A stretch of DNA of 64,000 nucleotides from Candidatus Latescibacterota bacterium (GTDB lineage Bacteria > Latescibacterota > UBA2968 > SICM01): the NCBI GenBank assembly GCA_965217865.1, contig CBDCJO010000002.1, positions 3,776,001 through 3,840,000 of the forward strand, given 5' to 3'. Position numbers and translations under genes: made by a program. Position 1 is the first letter of the stretch; every line of letters begins with the position of its first letter. Below the pieces are notes generated by a model that was not told the DNA's origin, did not search any database, and saw only the letters and a list, made by a program, of their open reading frames with translations. Positions 8,873-19,418 of the stretch are shown one piece after another.

Positions 8873-11380
8873 TTACCGAAGAACGAAGGATGTCTGTTTG
8901 CTTACTCCGATCCCACTGTTCAGGTCCGTAACGGTCACCTGAAGGGTGTGGTCCCCCTTTTTCCCCTTCCTCAAGTCCAGCGCCGTGTGGATTATCTCCT
9001 GCACCTCCTCTCCCCCTAACTCGTAGGAGACGGTGATCTCGTCCTCTTTCTTGCGCCTTCCGATCAACCGTCCGAGTCCCGACAGGATGGGATTGCCGAT
9101 GCCACCCTTCAGCTTTCGCGTTGTATAATCGACCTGGTAGTGCGTCCGTCCCTGTGCGTCCCGCGTTAGATTGTAAACCTCAAAGTAGAGGAAGACATCT
9201 TTATTCCGTTTGAAGGTAAGGGAAGGCATGGGAATCACCTCCAACCCCTGTTTCACGAATTTACCTTCCTCTGTTGTGGGCTCAATCCTACGGGCGATCT
9301 CGATCCCACTCATCCGGAGGGTATCTCCCTCGTAACCCTCCACGCGGAGGCTGTCGCGGATCACCTGCATTCGTTTGGACTTCAGGTCTCTTACCTTCAC
9401 CGCCATAAAATAGTCGCCCGGCGGCAAGTTGAACGCCATCACATCCAGGATCTCCTCATCGAGCCCCGGCAGGACTTGGAGCGGTGAACGGTCGATGGAG
9501 CGGTGAACCTCTCGCCACGTCTTGTCATACACGACCAGCCACCGCTCACCGGGCCAACCCTGCTCCGTCGGAGTGATCTCTTCGACGGGCACCTCCAGGT
9601 AGATTTCCACGCGTGAGCTGTCGCTGCTTCCCCGGAAGTCCACTGTGGCCACGTGAGACGTGAGCGGCCCTGTCAGATCCTCAGGCAAGTACAACGACCG
9701 CGCCTTTGACTTTAAAGCGAGAAAGACCTGCTCGGGAGCCTCTTCGCGCACCTTGGTTCGGAGCCTCGTCATTGCTGACGATGGTTTTTGGGGGGAATAG
9801 ATCGTGGGAATCGGGGCAAAGTCATAGTTATATCCGTTGAATTCGTCGGTGAAGACGAACTCGATCCCTCCCTCGATATGAGGGTAGATCCAGCTCTCCC
9901 ACCACACAGGGGTGTTTCCACCCGCTGGTAGGATGGTGTATCCCGGCCCGTAGGCCTGCAACGGATAGACCGGACCCTGGTGGAGTCCCATGTCCGTAGT
10001 CAGATTGTTTGAAGGGATAAACTTACCAAGATTATATTTCGAAGAAAGACTGTCGACCTTTAACCTACCAGAATTACCTTTCAGAAACAAAAGGAGGTCA
10101 TTGATATCCGTTCTCATTCCGCCGTAAAGTCGGGTCGCTTGCCGCTGCCGCAAAACGGCCTGTACCTTCCGGTCCATCGCCTTTTGGAAGTCGCCCTCCC
10201 ACGACCGCTGCCGAAAGTAGGGCTCCCCGTAGCGAATATAGATCTCCCCACGCCGGTCCCACGGCGTCTGTCCCTTAGAGAACTGCGTCCTGGCCACCCA
10301 CACCCGCCGATAATGCTCCAGACGACGCCGGTTAACCCGAGATATCAGGTCTATGTCCCGTCGAGCCCAGAACTGCCGCAGAAAATCCGGGGCATCCTCC
10401 GGCTTGATGGCTCTAAATGCCTCTATCTCCTCAGGCGACCCCACCAGTGAAATGTCATCGTAGAATGCTCGCTCCTGAGGGCTGACCCGGTCCAGATATG
10501 CGCGAAACACAGCATCCGCAGGCCCCAACCGCTCCTTCTTCAGGTGTGCTTGCCCGATCAGGGGCAAGAGACGGATTTCGTGAGGCCTCTTCTTGAGGTA
10601 GGACATTAACACCCCGATCCCAGTGTCCTCCCCACCGGAGAGAAACTTGAGCTCCTCCCTTCGGACGAGGAGGTCCGGATCATCCGGATTTGCCTTCAGG
10701 CCGCGCTCACACCATTCGAGGGCTTCTTCGAGACCGTAAGGCTTCGGTTCAGCCCACTCGGAGAGGAGGAGGTAGCCCGCTATGTAACTCGGATCCGCCT
10801 TCACAAGGCGCTTCAGCTCGGATCCGGCGTTCCCCTCTCTCAGGCTGTGCAGCACCAGGGCGAGTCGATAGCGGGCATCGGACATCTTCGGGTCGCGGGC
10901 CAGGGCCTCCCGGAACCGGTCCGGGGCCTCCCGCTTCCGGGACCGGTCGCCCGCGGCCGCGACTAATCCCAGGCCAAACCAAGATGCCGCCGAATCGTCG
11001 AGGCGGCGTGCCCGATCAAACGCCTCCTCCGCTGCATCGAGCCGTCTTCCGCTCAGATAGATCGCTCCCAGCGTCCGGTGGGTGGCAGCGGCACCCTTTG
11101 CGTCACCCGATTCCGACAGCAAGGTGGCCACTTCCACCAGCGAATCCATGTTCACCGGTTGAACATCAGGTGACCCTTCACTCGAGGGTTCGACTCCTTG
11201 ACCAAAGGCCTGATGGCTCACCTTCACAGGCGGTGCGACGTTCATCAAGGAGTCGAGCTCAGCCTGTAAGGAGTCCAGAGCCACAGCTAATGAGTCCGGG
11301 GACTCAGCGCCTGCATTGGGGGCGATAAAGGCTAACCCTGTGAGGGCGAGGTTCAACGAGATGAAAAGATGAGTGATCAT
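8873..11380 (-). CDS. GWxTD-domain TPR protein, paralog 1 (secreted)
   Basis: Signal-peptide-like N-terminus, TPR helices, FWARRD, EHYRRV, PWDRRGEIYIRYGEP, WESWIY, and C-terminal LYFEVYNL beta domain. Confidence 0.85.
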   Translation of the reverse strand: MITHLFISLNLALTGLAFIAPNAGAESPDSLAVALDSLQAELDSLMNVAPPVKVSHQAFGQGVEPSSEGSPDVQPVNMDSLVEVATLLSESGDAKGAAATHRTLGAIYLSGRRLDAAEEAFDRARRLDDSAASWFGLGLVAAAGDRSRKREAPDRFREALARDPKMSDARYRLALVLHSLREGNAGSELKRLVKADPSYIAGYLLLSEWAEPKPYGLEEALEWCERGLKANPDDPDLLVRREELKFLSGGEDTGIGVLMSYLKKRPHEIRLLPLIGQAHLKKERLGPADAVFRAYLDRVSPQERAFYDDISLVGSPEEIEAFRAIKPEDAPDFLRQFWARRDIDLISRVNRRRLEHYRRVWVARTQFSKGQTPWDRRGEIYIRYGEPYFRQRSWEGDFQKAMDRKVQAVLRQRQATRLYGGMRTDINDLLLFLKGNSGRLKVDSLSSKYNLGKFIPSNNLTTDMGLHQGPVYPLQAYGPGYTILPAGGNTPVWWESWIYPHIEGGIEFVFTDEFNGYNYDFAPIPTIYSPQKPSSAMTRLRTKVREEAPEQVFLALKSKARSLYLPEDLTGPLTSHVATVDFRGSSDSSRVEIYLEVPVEEITPTEQGWPGERWLVVYDKTWREVHRSIDRSPLQVLPGLDEEILDVMAFNLPPGDYFMAVKVRDLKSKRMQVIRDSLRVEGYEGDTLRMSGIEIARRIEPTTEEGKFVKQGLEVIPMPSLTFKRNKDVFLYFEVYNLTRDAQGRTHYQVDYTTRKLKGGIGNPILSGLGRLIGRRKKEDEITVSYELGGEEVQEIIHTALDLRKGKKGDHTLQVTVTDLNSGIGVSKQTSFVLR

Positions 11381-11489
11381 CGTACGATTCCGGAAATGGT
11401 AAGGATACTTGTGGTGGTCAGTGAAAATTTCGAATCCGGTTGAAGGAGATGGTGAACCAAGTTGAGAACTCGAAGAAGAGGAGTTTGCC

Positions 11490-14009
11490 CTACCGAAGCA
11501 CGAAGGATGTTTGTCTGCTTACTCCGATCCCACTGTTCAGGTCCGTAACGGTCACTTGAAAGGTGTGGTCCCCCTTTTTCCCCTTCCTCAAATCCAGCGC
11601 TGTGTGGATTATCTCCTGGGTCGCCTCTCCCCCCAACTCGTAGGAGACGGTGACTTCGTCCTCTTTCTTACGGCGTCCGATCAGCCGTCCGAGGCCCGAC
11701 ATGACGAGATGACCGATACCACCCTCCGGCTTTCGCGTTGTATAATCGACCTGGTAGTGCGTCCGCCCCTGCGCGTCCCGCGTTAGGTTGTAAACCTCAA
11801 AGTAGAGGAAGACATCTTTATTCCGTTTGAAGGTAAGGGAAGGCATGGGGATCACCTCCAGCCCCTGTTTCACGAACTTACCTTCCTCTGTTGTGGGCTC
11901 AATCCTGCGGGCGATCTCGATCCCGCTCACCCTGATGCTGTCTCCACCGTAACCTTCCACGCGGAGGCTGTCTCGGATCACCTGCGTTCGTTTGGACTTC
12001 AGGTCTCTGACCTTCATTGCCATAAAATAGTCGCCAGGTGGCAGGTTGAACGCCGTTACATCCAGGAGCTCCTCATCGAACCCCGGCAGGGTTTGGAGCG
12101 GTGAACGGTCGATGGAGCGGTGAACCTCTCGCCACGTCCTGTCATACACGACCACCCACCGCTCCCCCGGCCATCCCTGCTCCGTCGGGGTGATCTCTTC
12201 GACGGGCACCTCCAGGTAGATCTCCACGCGTGAGCTGTCGCGGTCCCCCCTGAAGTCCACTGCCGCCACGTGGGACGTGAGCGGCTCTGTTAGATCCTCA
12301 GGCAAGTACAACGACCGCGCCTTTGACTTTAAAGCGCGAAAGACCTGCTCAGAAGCCTCTTCGCGCACCCTGGTTCGGAACCTCCCAAATACAGCCTCAT
12401 GAGCCTTTAATACGTCCAATGGAGTATGGACTGTGGGAATCGGGGCAAAGTCATAGTCATATCCGTTGAATTCGTCGGTGAAGACGAACTCGATCCCCCC
12501 CTTGATATAAGGGTAGATCCAGCTCTCCCACATCACAGGGGTGTTTCCCCCCGCCGGTAGGATGGTGTAGCCCGGCCCGAGGGCCGGCAACGGATAGACA
12601 GGACCACGGTACAGGTGCATGTCCTTGCCGAAATGTTTAAAACCCGGGATGAACCTATTAGCATTAGGTCTCGCAAAAGTAGTGTCGAGATTGATAGTAA
12701 GGGAATTACCACTCAGAAACTCAAGGAGGTCAGGGATATTCGTTCTCATTGCGCCGTAAATGCGGGTCGCTTGCCGCTGCCGCACGGCCTGTACCTTCCG
12801 GTCCATCGCCTTTTGGAAGTTGCCCTCCCACGACCGCTGCCGGAAGTACGGCTCCCCATAGCGAATGTAGATCTCCCCACGCCGGTCCCACGGTGTCCGT
12901 CCCTTAGAGAACTGTGTCCTGGCCACCCACACCCGCCGATAGTGCTCAAGACGCCGCCGGTTAACCCCCAATATCAGGTCTATGTCCCGCCGCGCCCAGA
13001 ACTGCCGCAGAAACTCCGGGGCATCCTCCGGCTTGATGGCACCAAAGGCCTCTATCTCCTCCTGCGACCCCACCAGCGAAATGTCATCGTAGAATGCTCG
13101 CTCATGAGGGCTGACCCGATCCAGATAGGCGCGAAACACAGCATCCGCGGGCCCCAACCGCCCCTTCTTCAGGTGGGCTTGCCCGATCAGGGGCAAGAGA
13201 CGGATCTCGTGAGGCCTCTTCTTGAGGTAAGACATTAACACGCCGATCCCGGTGTCCTCCCCACCGGAGAGAAACTTGAACTCCTCCCTTCGGACGAGGA
13301 GGTCCGGATCATCCGGATTTGCTTTCAGGCCGCGCTCACACCATTCGAGGGCCTCCTCTAGACCGCGAGGCTTCTGCTCAGCCCACTCGGAGAGGAGGAG
13401 GTAGCCCGCTGCATACTTCGGATCCGCCTTCACAAGACGCTTCAGCTCGGATCCGGCATTCCCCTCTCCCAGGCTATGCAGCACGAGGGCGAGTCGGTAG
13501 CGGGCATCGGACATCTTCGGGTCGCGGACCAGGGCCTCCCTGAACCGGTCCGGGGCCTCCCGCTTCCGGGATCGGTCTCCGGCAGCCGCGACGATCCCCA
13601 GGCCAAACCATGACGCCGCCGAATCGTCGAGGCGGCGCGCCCGATCAAACGCCTCCTCCGCCGCATCGAGCCGTCTTCCGCTCAGATAGATCGCTCCCAG
13701 GGTCCGTTGTGCGGCAGCGGCACCCTTTGCGTCACCCGATTCCAACAGCATGGCGGCCATCTCCACCAGCGAATCCAGGTTCACCGATTGAACATCAGGT
13801 GACCCTTCACTCGAGGATTCGACTCCCTGACCAAAGGACTGATTGCTCACCTTCAAAGGCGGCGTGGCATTCATCAACGAGTCGAGCTCCGCCTGTAAGG
13901 AGTCCAGAGCCACAGCTAATGAGTCCGGGGACTCAGCGCCTGCATTGGGTCCGAAGAAGGCTGACCCTGTAACGGCGAGGCTCAACGAGATGAAAAGTTG
14001 AGTGATCAT
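11490..14009 (-). CDS. GWxTD-domain TPR protein, paralog 2 (likely start MITQLF at 14009; ORF open to 14078)
   Basis: Same motifs and near-identical to paralog 1 over most of its length. Confidence 0.85.
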   Translation of the reverse strand: MITQLFISLSLAVTGSAFFGPNAGAESPDSLAVALDSLQAELDSLMNATPPLKVSNQSFGQGVESSSEGSPDVQSVNLDSLVEMAAMLLESGDAKGAAAAQRTLGAIYLSGRRLDAAEEAFDRARRLDDSAASWFGLGIVAAAGDRSRKREAPDRFREALVRDPKMSDARYRLALVLHSLGEGNAGSELKRLVKADPKYAAGYLLLSEWAEQKPRGLEEALEWCERGLKANPDDPDLLVRREEFKFLSGGEDTGIGVLMSYLKKRPHEIRLLPLIGQAHLKKGRLGPADAVFRAYLDRVSPHERAFYDDISLVGSQEEIEAFGAIKPEDAPEFLRQFWARRDIDLILGVNRRRLEHYRRVWVARTQFSKGRTPWDRRGEIYIRYGEPYFRQRSWEGNFQKAMDRKVQAVRQRQATRIYGAMRTNIPDLLEFLSGNSLTINLDTTFARPNANRFIPGFKHFGKDMHLYRGPVYPLPALGPGYTILPAGGNTPVMWESWIYPYIKGGIEFVFTDEFNGYDYDFAPIPTVHTPLDVLKAHEAVFGRFRTRVREEASEQVFRALKSKARSLYLPEDLTEPLTSHVAAVDFRGDRDSSRVEIYLEVPVEEITPTEQGWPGERWVVVYDRTWREVHRSIDRSPLQTLPGFDEELLDVTAFNLPPGDYFMAMKVRDLKSKRTQVIRDSLRVEGYGGDSIRVSGIEIARRIEPTTEEGKFVKQGLEVIPMPSLTFKRNKDVFLYFEVYNLTRDAQGRTHYQVDYTTRKPEGGIGHLVMSGLGRLIGRRKKEDEVTVSYELGGEATQEIIHTALDLRKGKKGDHTFQVTVTDLNSGIGVSRQTSFVLR

Positions 14010-14370
14010 CGTGCGGTTCCGGAAATGGTAAGGAGACTGCATATCAGACTCTCTCGCATACAAATCAAAAAGCCGCACCTAACCAGATGCGGCTTGTCAC
14101 CTTTATTCATATGCTTCATCCCCTGCGGACATCGGTTTTTTCCGAAAATAGGGAATCAGGGGCCCGGCTGGACTTGCAGGAAATGTACTGGGAGATATAT
14201 TGGATGTCAAGGAAAACAGGGAAGATGTAAAAGGAAAAGGACAATACCATACGGAATTCAGCACTGTGGACGGAAACCAGCACTGCAGAGCAAACAAAAC
14301 GCAGACATTATCCAACTATTTTCGGAAAGCGCAAAAATCTGAGCTCGTGCTCGGAAAACACTGATTCAAT

Positions 14371-15411
14371 CTATTCAAAACCATATACCGTAACAGAATT
14401 ATCTCGATAATACAACAGTTCAGGCACCGAACTGCCTATTAGATTACCTAGCAGATATGGACCAACACCATCATTGCCAGGGATTGTGATGGGACGATCG
14501 AAAACAAAGGTGCCTTGTCGCCATTCAAAGCACCAGGGACTATTGTGTCCTTGGTAGTAAAAGCCACCTGCAAGCAGTTCTATGTTCCCATCTCTGTCAA
14601 CATCCCCTGCTCCCATCAAATAGTGATAAGGACCTTCTGCAAACTTCACAAAGCGCCAAGATGGATCTCTTTGAAGAAGCCAGAAATAACCACTATCTCC
14701 AGAAGGAGTATAAACAGCTACCTCATCAACTCCGTCCTGATTGAAGTCTGTCACGACAATTGAGGGGTCCCTACTTCCACAACATGTAGCAATGACATTG
14801 CCAACCTCAGCAACTTTCAGAATAGAATTGTCCTTGAGGCGAAACACTACGAACTGATATCTTCTGGAGGTGCCAGCCGGACTGATCTCGACGGAAGAAA
14901 GGAAGCCAACTAACAACAGATGCCCGGAAGGATCATTTAGGACATTCACACTACGGATTGGGAGATTGTAGCTCCCTGGAGCGAAATGTGTAATCTCCCA
15001 GGTCCTGTTAAAGAGTCCGATCCACACCAGGTCCTTCCCCTGTCCTATCCAAATGCCCGATGAATAAACGTCGAAATCATAGACTTGGCTTAATCTGGAT
15101 GCATATATACTGGGTCGATGGAATGTGTTTCCATCCCAAGTATATACAGCGGGAGTGCCTTCATAACCTTCTGATTGGCGTCTACCCGGGATGTAGATTA
15201 TTTCATCTTGGGGACTATTGTCGATGTTTGCTAATTTTATCATCAAAGGAAATTTATCTCGGTTTGATTTAAAACCACCTTCTTCTGGAAGAATTAGCTC
15301 GAGGTCTCCTTTCCAGATTTGGTTCACCCCCCGTAAGGGCTCTTCAGCATTCCCGGTGGCAGTGAAAAACAACCAGGTGAGAAAGACCCCGAGAGGATAA
15401 AATATTTTCAT
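14371..15411 (-). CDS. Secreted FG-GAP/VCBS-repeat protein
   Basis: Signal peptide and repeated DFNQDGVDEV, GDVDRDGNIEL, NIDNSPQDEII motifs. Confidence 0.7.
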   Translation of the reverse strand: MKIFYPLGVFLTWLFFTATGNAEEPLRGVNQIWKGDLELILPEEGGFKSNRDKFPLMIKLANIDNSPQDEIIYIPGRRQSEGYEGTPAVYTWDGNTFHRPSIYASRLSQVYDFDVYSSGIWIGQGKDLVWIGLFNRTWEITHFAPGSYNLPIRSVNVLNDPSGHLLLVGFLSSVEISPAGTSRRYQFVVFRLKDNSILKVAEVGNVIATCCGSRDPSIVVTDFNQDGVDEVAVYTPSGDSGYFWLLQRDPSWRFVKFAEGPYHYLMGAGDVDRDGNIELLAGGFYYQGHNSPWCFEWRQGTFVFDRPITIPGNDGVGPYLLGNLIGSSVPELLYYRDNSVTVYGFE

Positions 15412-15530
15412 CTTTTCACTCCGTCACCGAAAAAGATGTGATTAATCATTGTGTCTGGTAATTTATCCTATCTTCGGAAGGCACAATATGGAGCCAAAGG
15501 CACCACCAAAAGAGGTCTGATCATTTTCTC

Positions 15531-16125
15531 TTATCGACGGGCGTCTTTCCTGACAAAGGGTTGGTTGACAATGGTTGAAGTGAGACAATGATACCTCGTG
15601 GGTTTTCTGAATGCGTTTCCCCATGTTTCGAGCTTCCTATACTCTCGCATGGCTTCCAAGTCAAAGTTGGCCAGGTACACACCCTCGCCTTCTCCTGACT
15701 TAAACCACCAGATTGTTCCTCAGATTTTTGTTCCTGAGATAAACCATCCCATCGAAAGCAACTGATTGCCCTGGCTTTCCTGGTTCCCCCACGTAGTTAG
15801 CCAATGCTACTCCAACCATGTTCTCCATGGCCCTGGACTGAAGGATTCCGGTTCTGATTTCATTCATATCGCAAGAGGTCGGTACAATTATTAACTCCGC
15901 GCCTTTTAGCATCAGGATTCGAGCGCTTTCAGGGAATTCCATGTCGTAGCAAATCATAGTCCCGATCTCTACGTCGCCTTGTCGCGTATCTAAGGTGGCG
16001 ACATAGAAATCATCGCCTGGTGAGCAGGCAGCTTCTAGCGAGAAATCACAAGTATGCACTTTCGCGTAGGTCATGACGCGATTTCCGTGGCGATCAAACA
16101 AGGTCACTGAATTACGTGGAAGATC
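15531..16125 (-). pseudogene. Carbon-nitrogen hydrolase (nitrilase family), N-terminally truncated and frameshifted
   Basis: YAKVHTC and ICYDMEFPESARILMLKGAE. The C-terminus continues in another frame (GEGVYLANFDLEAMREYR). The N-terminal catalytic Glu region is missing. Confidence 0.75.
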
Positions 16126-16198
16126 CGTGGATGGCAGATCCTATGGCTCAATCCTTTAGAGGCGAGGGACGCGCAGCTTTTCTTCTGGCCGGTACTTA

Positions 16199-16335
16199 AT
16201 CTAACGTTCTCCGGATGGCCGAAGTGGCCGTGCATCAGAAAAGGAATCAGTACTTTTACAATCAGCCAACGAATCAGTCACGGCCATTTTGGCTGGGGTG
16301 TGCTTAGGTTGGGTCTCGGCCATCCCGTGTTAGGC
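16199..16335 (-). repeat. attC site (137 bp)
   Basis: GCCTAAC...GTTAGAT with arms GGATGGCCGA/TCGGCCATCC. Shares the inner AAGTGGCCGT...ACGGCCATTT stem with the attCs at 8521 and 24691. Confidence 0.8.
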
Positions 16336-16470
16336 GTTGCGGCAGTTTTTTGATCGGTAAAGGAATAAAGAGGCGGCCATCACCTTCTTTGACTTTTCAA
16401 GGCTTTTTTCGGTCTTTTACATACAGAGAACAATTACGTTAAACAATGGGTGCCTATGGATACGGTATGG

Positions 16471-16932
16471 CTATGGTGCGGACCAGGCAACTTTACCCTC
16501 TTGGTCAAGGATGGTTAAGGTTGGCAACCTGTCGGCTCTAAGTGTTATTCGCCTCTGGTAATTCTTATCTCTAAGCTCCAGAATCGGATCTTCATCACCT
16601 CCTAGCCCAAACCAGGCCCGATTTTGACCGATCGTGTCCCCAAAAACAATGCTCGGTGGGTCAACTTGAATCGAGATTCCACCAACCTTATTACTTTTGT
16701 CGAATAAAATCAGGTGTGGCTTTCCATTCGACGATAGACCAAGCCGTGCACGCCGCACGCCGTTCTTATCTATAAGATGAAACCCTTCTGCCTCGATGAC
16801 CTTAGCTATTTCTGATGATTGCTTCTGGGCAAACACTGGACCGCTTACTAACACCCAGCTCGTCACCGACCCGCCTACTAGCCCAGCGACTACAGCCAGC
16901 ATCGTTAACAACCAGTAATCTTTGTGGCTCAT
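16471..16932 (-). CDS. Hypothetical exported protein (cassette gene)
   Basis: N-terminal TM/signal, repeated beta motifs (LIDKNGVRRARLG), AAGGAG RBS, attC downstream. Confidence 0.7.
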   Translation of the reverse strand: MSHKDYWLLTMLAVVAGLVGGSVTSWVLVSGPVFAQKQSSEIAKVIEAEGFHLIDKNGVRRARLGLSSNGKPHLILFDKSNKVGGISIQVDPPSIVFGDTIGQNRAWFGLGGDEDPILELRDKNYQRRITLRADRLPTLTILDQEGKVAWSAP

Positions 16933-17048
16933 GTCTGTCTCTCCTTATACACTCGATAGGGATATACAGCAGCCATGCAGTGTTATAGGATGTGCCAGCC
17001 AGCGGTGGTGGGAAGCGATCTTATGCGACCATAATAACGATACCATTC

Positions 17049-18254
17049 TTAGAGAGGGTACTCATCTTCATGAAACGAGAATTCGATTGGTTGTGTAAAA
17101 TAGCTTAACTCCTCTTTCATCCTCTCCATTTTCTTCTGGTCTTCCACAGTCCATTCAGGCCTGTGGATGTACATCACGTCAAACGAGAAGCCTCGTCCAA
17201 GTTCATACTCTTCAGTGGCCAACCCGACGACAGTACTCCGATCTCTATTCAGACCGCGTGCTACAATACACCTGTTCCCGAGTTCTGCCACTCTGTACTG
17301 GCGGTCGGTGCCGTGAGGTGTTGCGAGGAATACATAGATGACTCCTGAAGGACTCTCCAACATTCTGGAACGGACCTTCTTTCTCTTAGACATCTCAACG
17401 AAATCGTTGAACGCCCTCCCTAGAAGGCGTCGAGAGAAGCGAGTTTCGAGTGCCATAGTACGGAGAGCCATCTCGGAGTCGTTAAGGGATGATCCAAATT
17501 CAAGATCTCCAGATAGAACGTCTTCACCTACTGTTTCGATTATGCGATCCCAGATATAGCTGTCATAGTCCGCAAGTTTCTTCGCCCTGTATTCATCCTT
17601 GCTTGAGAACTGGCTCCAAACGCCATCTACAACCGCAATTGTATCAACGTCCTCAGGGAACGTCCTGCCTCTATGAAGGTAAAAAGCAAGTAAGTCTTCT
17701 TCTGCACCGTAGAACTCCGTACGAATGCCAGATTCGTATAGAGCCTCCTTCGCCGAAAGGTACGAAACAAAATCAGTGATCGTGTCCAGTTCACTCATAA
17801 TGACTGAAAGCGAGATCTCATCGAACACGTGAACGAATCCTTTTCCAAAATCCCCAAACTGGACGGGCGCTTTTCCTTTGCTACCAAATGCAACGGCAAT
17901 TCGATGTACTCGACGCTTCTCCAGCTTAGGGTAGAGCAAACCTGGTGTGCCGTCTCTCCGAGTTACCTCTCTGGACATATCGATCCATCTTTGAGCTCCG
18001 TAGATCTGCTTTACCGATGCCTCAATTGCTCGTCTTCTCCAGCGGAGGAGGTCGGTTGATGGTCGGCCAGTATCAGGTACATCAACCGCCTTTACACTGA
18101 AGATTATGATGTCAGGATCACACACAACAAGAATGTCGCATAGCTCCTTGCTTGCATCCTTGCCTCTTGGATTCGCATAGCTCCACAACGATAAGAAGGA
18201 CCGGCGACACAGTTCTTCGACATAAGCTTCTGTCTGATTTACAGGTTTGCTCAT
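17049..18254 (-). CDS. NERD-like nuclease-related domain protein (cassette gene)
   Basis: SFLSLWSYANP..KELCDILVVCDPDIIIFSVK motif. Bounded by GTTATAG (18306) and CTATAAC (16982-16988). Confidence 0.6.
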   Translation of the reverse strand: MSKPVNQTEAYVEELCRRSFLSLWSYANPRGKDASKELCDILVVCDPDIIIFSVKAVDVPDTGRPSTDLLRWRRRAIEASVKQIYGAQRWIDMSREVTRRDGTPGLLYPKLEKRRVHRIAVAFGSKGKAPVQFGDFGKGFVHVFDEISLSVIMSELDTITDFVSYLSAKEALYESGIRTEFYGAEEDLLAFYLHRGRTFPEDVDTIAVVDGVWSQFSSKDEYRAKKLADYDSYIWDRIIETVGEDVLSGDLEFGSSLNDSEMALRTMALETRFSRRLLGRAFNDFVEMSKRKKVRSRMLESPSGVIYVFLATPHGTDRQYRVAELGNRCIVARGLNRDRSTVVGLATEEYELGRGFSFDVMYIHRPEWTVEDQKKMERMKEELSYFTQPIEFSFHEDEYPL

Positions 18255-18299
18255 CTTTCGATTGTTCTATCCGAGACTGTGGCGGATGGCTGGCATTTC

Positions 18300-18377
18300 C
18301 TATAACGTTTAAGAGTGGCCGAACCTGCGCAGCAGGTTTCTCCGGAGCGAAGCGGAGGCGGCCACTCGGTATTGGGT
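18300..18377 (-). repeat. attC site (R'' core AAC mutated to AAT)
   Basis: ACCCAAT...GTTATAG with arms GAGTGGCCG/CGGCCACTC. Confidence 0.7.
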
Positions 18378-18436
18378 GCTGTGCCAGCTTGGCGTAATAA
18401 CTCCTATTACAATATTATTTAAATGGGATAGGTGCT

Positions 18437-18799
18437 TTAGGGGATGGGTAATTCGGTTGTCATATAATTCCGCGAGTCAACCAAGGCATCGCCCCGCAAA
18501 TGCACAATCCCCTGGTATTCTTCGCTCTCAACAATATCGATGAGGGCGTCGCGGGAGGGGTACATGACAATGAGCACTTCGTCCCACTCGTCCGAGCCTA
18601 TCAGCGTACCCAGACCGCGCGAGCGGAAGACGATCCGGCCTCCACGCTTCTCGACCAGCGGTCTGGCGACTTCGATATAGTGCTCGTACATGGCCTCACC
18701 GTCCTCGGTAAACCGAAGCAGGTTGAGCATCCAAATCGGACCCGTATGGTCATGCTCGCGGAATGCCTGGAACTGATCTTTAGTAGGACGAATGGCCAT
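18437..18799 (-). CDS. DUF1330 family protein (cassette gene)
   Basis: GPIWMLNLLRF, GGRIVF, WDEVLIVMYPSR, EEYQ...R..AL. RBS AGGAGG. Confidence 0.85.
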   Translation of the reverse strand: MAIRPTKDQFQAFREHDHTGPIWMLNLLRFTEDGEAMYEHYIEVARPLVEKRGGRIVFRSRGLGTLIGSDEWDEVLIVMYPSRDALIDIVESEEYQGIVHLRGDALVDSRNYMTTELPIP

Positions 18800-18919
18800 T
18801 TACAATTCCTCCTGTTTAAAAGTACCCACCCATAGAAGAAAACAATAGGATCAGCGCTATACCGCAATCATAGCCTCTGCACAATCAAGCTGTGTTTTCC
18901 CGATCTGCCAAGGCATGGC

Positions 18920-18989
18920 GCCCAACGTTTCCAGCACTCCCGAACCCCGAAGGGGTTTTGCGGAGGCCCGACGGAGCAGCTGGTTCTGC
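18920..18989 (-). repeat. attC site (70 bp)
   Basis: GCAGAAC...GTTGGGC immediately after the stop codon at 18994, with arms CCAGCTGCTCC/GGAGTGCTGG. Confidence 0.75.
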
Positions 18990-18993
18990 GACT

Positions 18994-19392
18994 TCACTTC
19001 CTCTTTGTGATGAATCCTGTTGTGCCCTCCGGCATGTCCTTGCGCAATTCGGCAATCTCTTCCTCGGCAAGCTGCTGGGGATCGTCCACAGGAAGTTGGG
19101 CCACACGCCTAATCCTCAAGTCGCGCTGTGTCTGCCAGTGCGTTTGCTCAGTGTTGCGAAGGTAAGAAACGTCGTCCGGGCAGAGGGTGTCCGACACCAC
19201 GTACAGGAACCCGATCAGTTGCCCGTTGTGCTTGACGGCCTGGCAAACGCCACCCGTAGACATGAGCGACGGCCTATGGGAAAAGCCTTTGGCCATCTCC
19301 TTGAACTGAGTGACCCAACTTCCTTTCCGAAGCACCGTCAGCTTCTCTGGTGATCCATGATACCAAGGTGCACTGTAATCGCAGTTCTCCAC
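18994..19392 (-). CDS. Hypothetical cassette protein with an ADP-ribosyltransferase-like YHGS motif
   Basis: N-terminal WYHGSP..L..LRKG and GFLYVV resemble Arr/ART-type small proteins. Assignment tentative. Confidence 0.45.
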   Translation of the reverse strand: MENCDYSAPWYHGSPEKLTVLRKGSWVTQFKEMAKGFSHRPSLMSTGGVCQAVKHNGQLIGFLYVVSDTLCPDDVSYLRNTEQTHWQTQRDLRIRRVAQLPVDDPQQLAEEEIAELRKDMPEGTTGFITKRK

Positions 19393-19418
19393 ACCGCGCC
19401 TTTTACCTTTCCGTAGAG

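Noticed and set aside
8873-14078. Diversity-generating retroelement (TR/VR pair)
   Set aside because: No reverse transcriptase in the window, differences are not adenine-restricted and include indels, and both copies are full genes.
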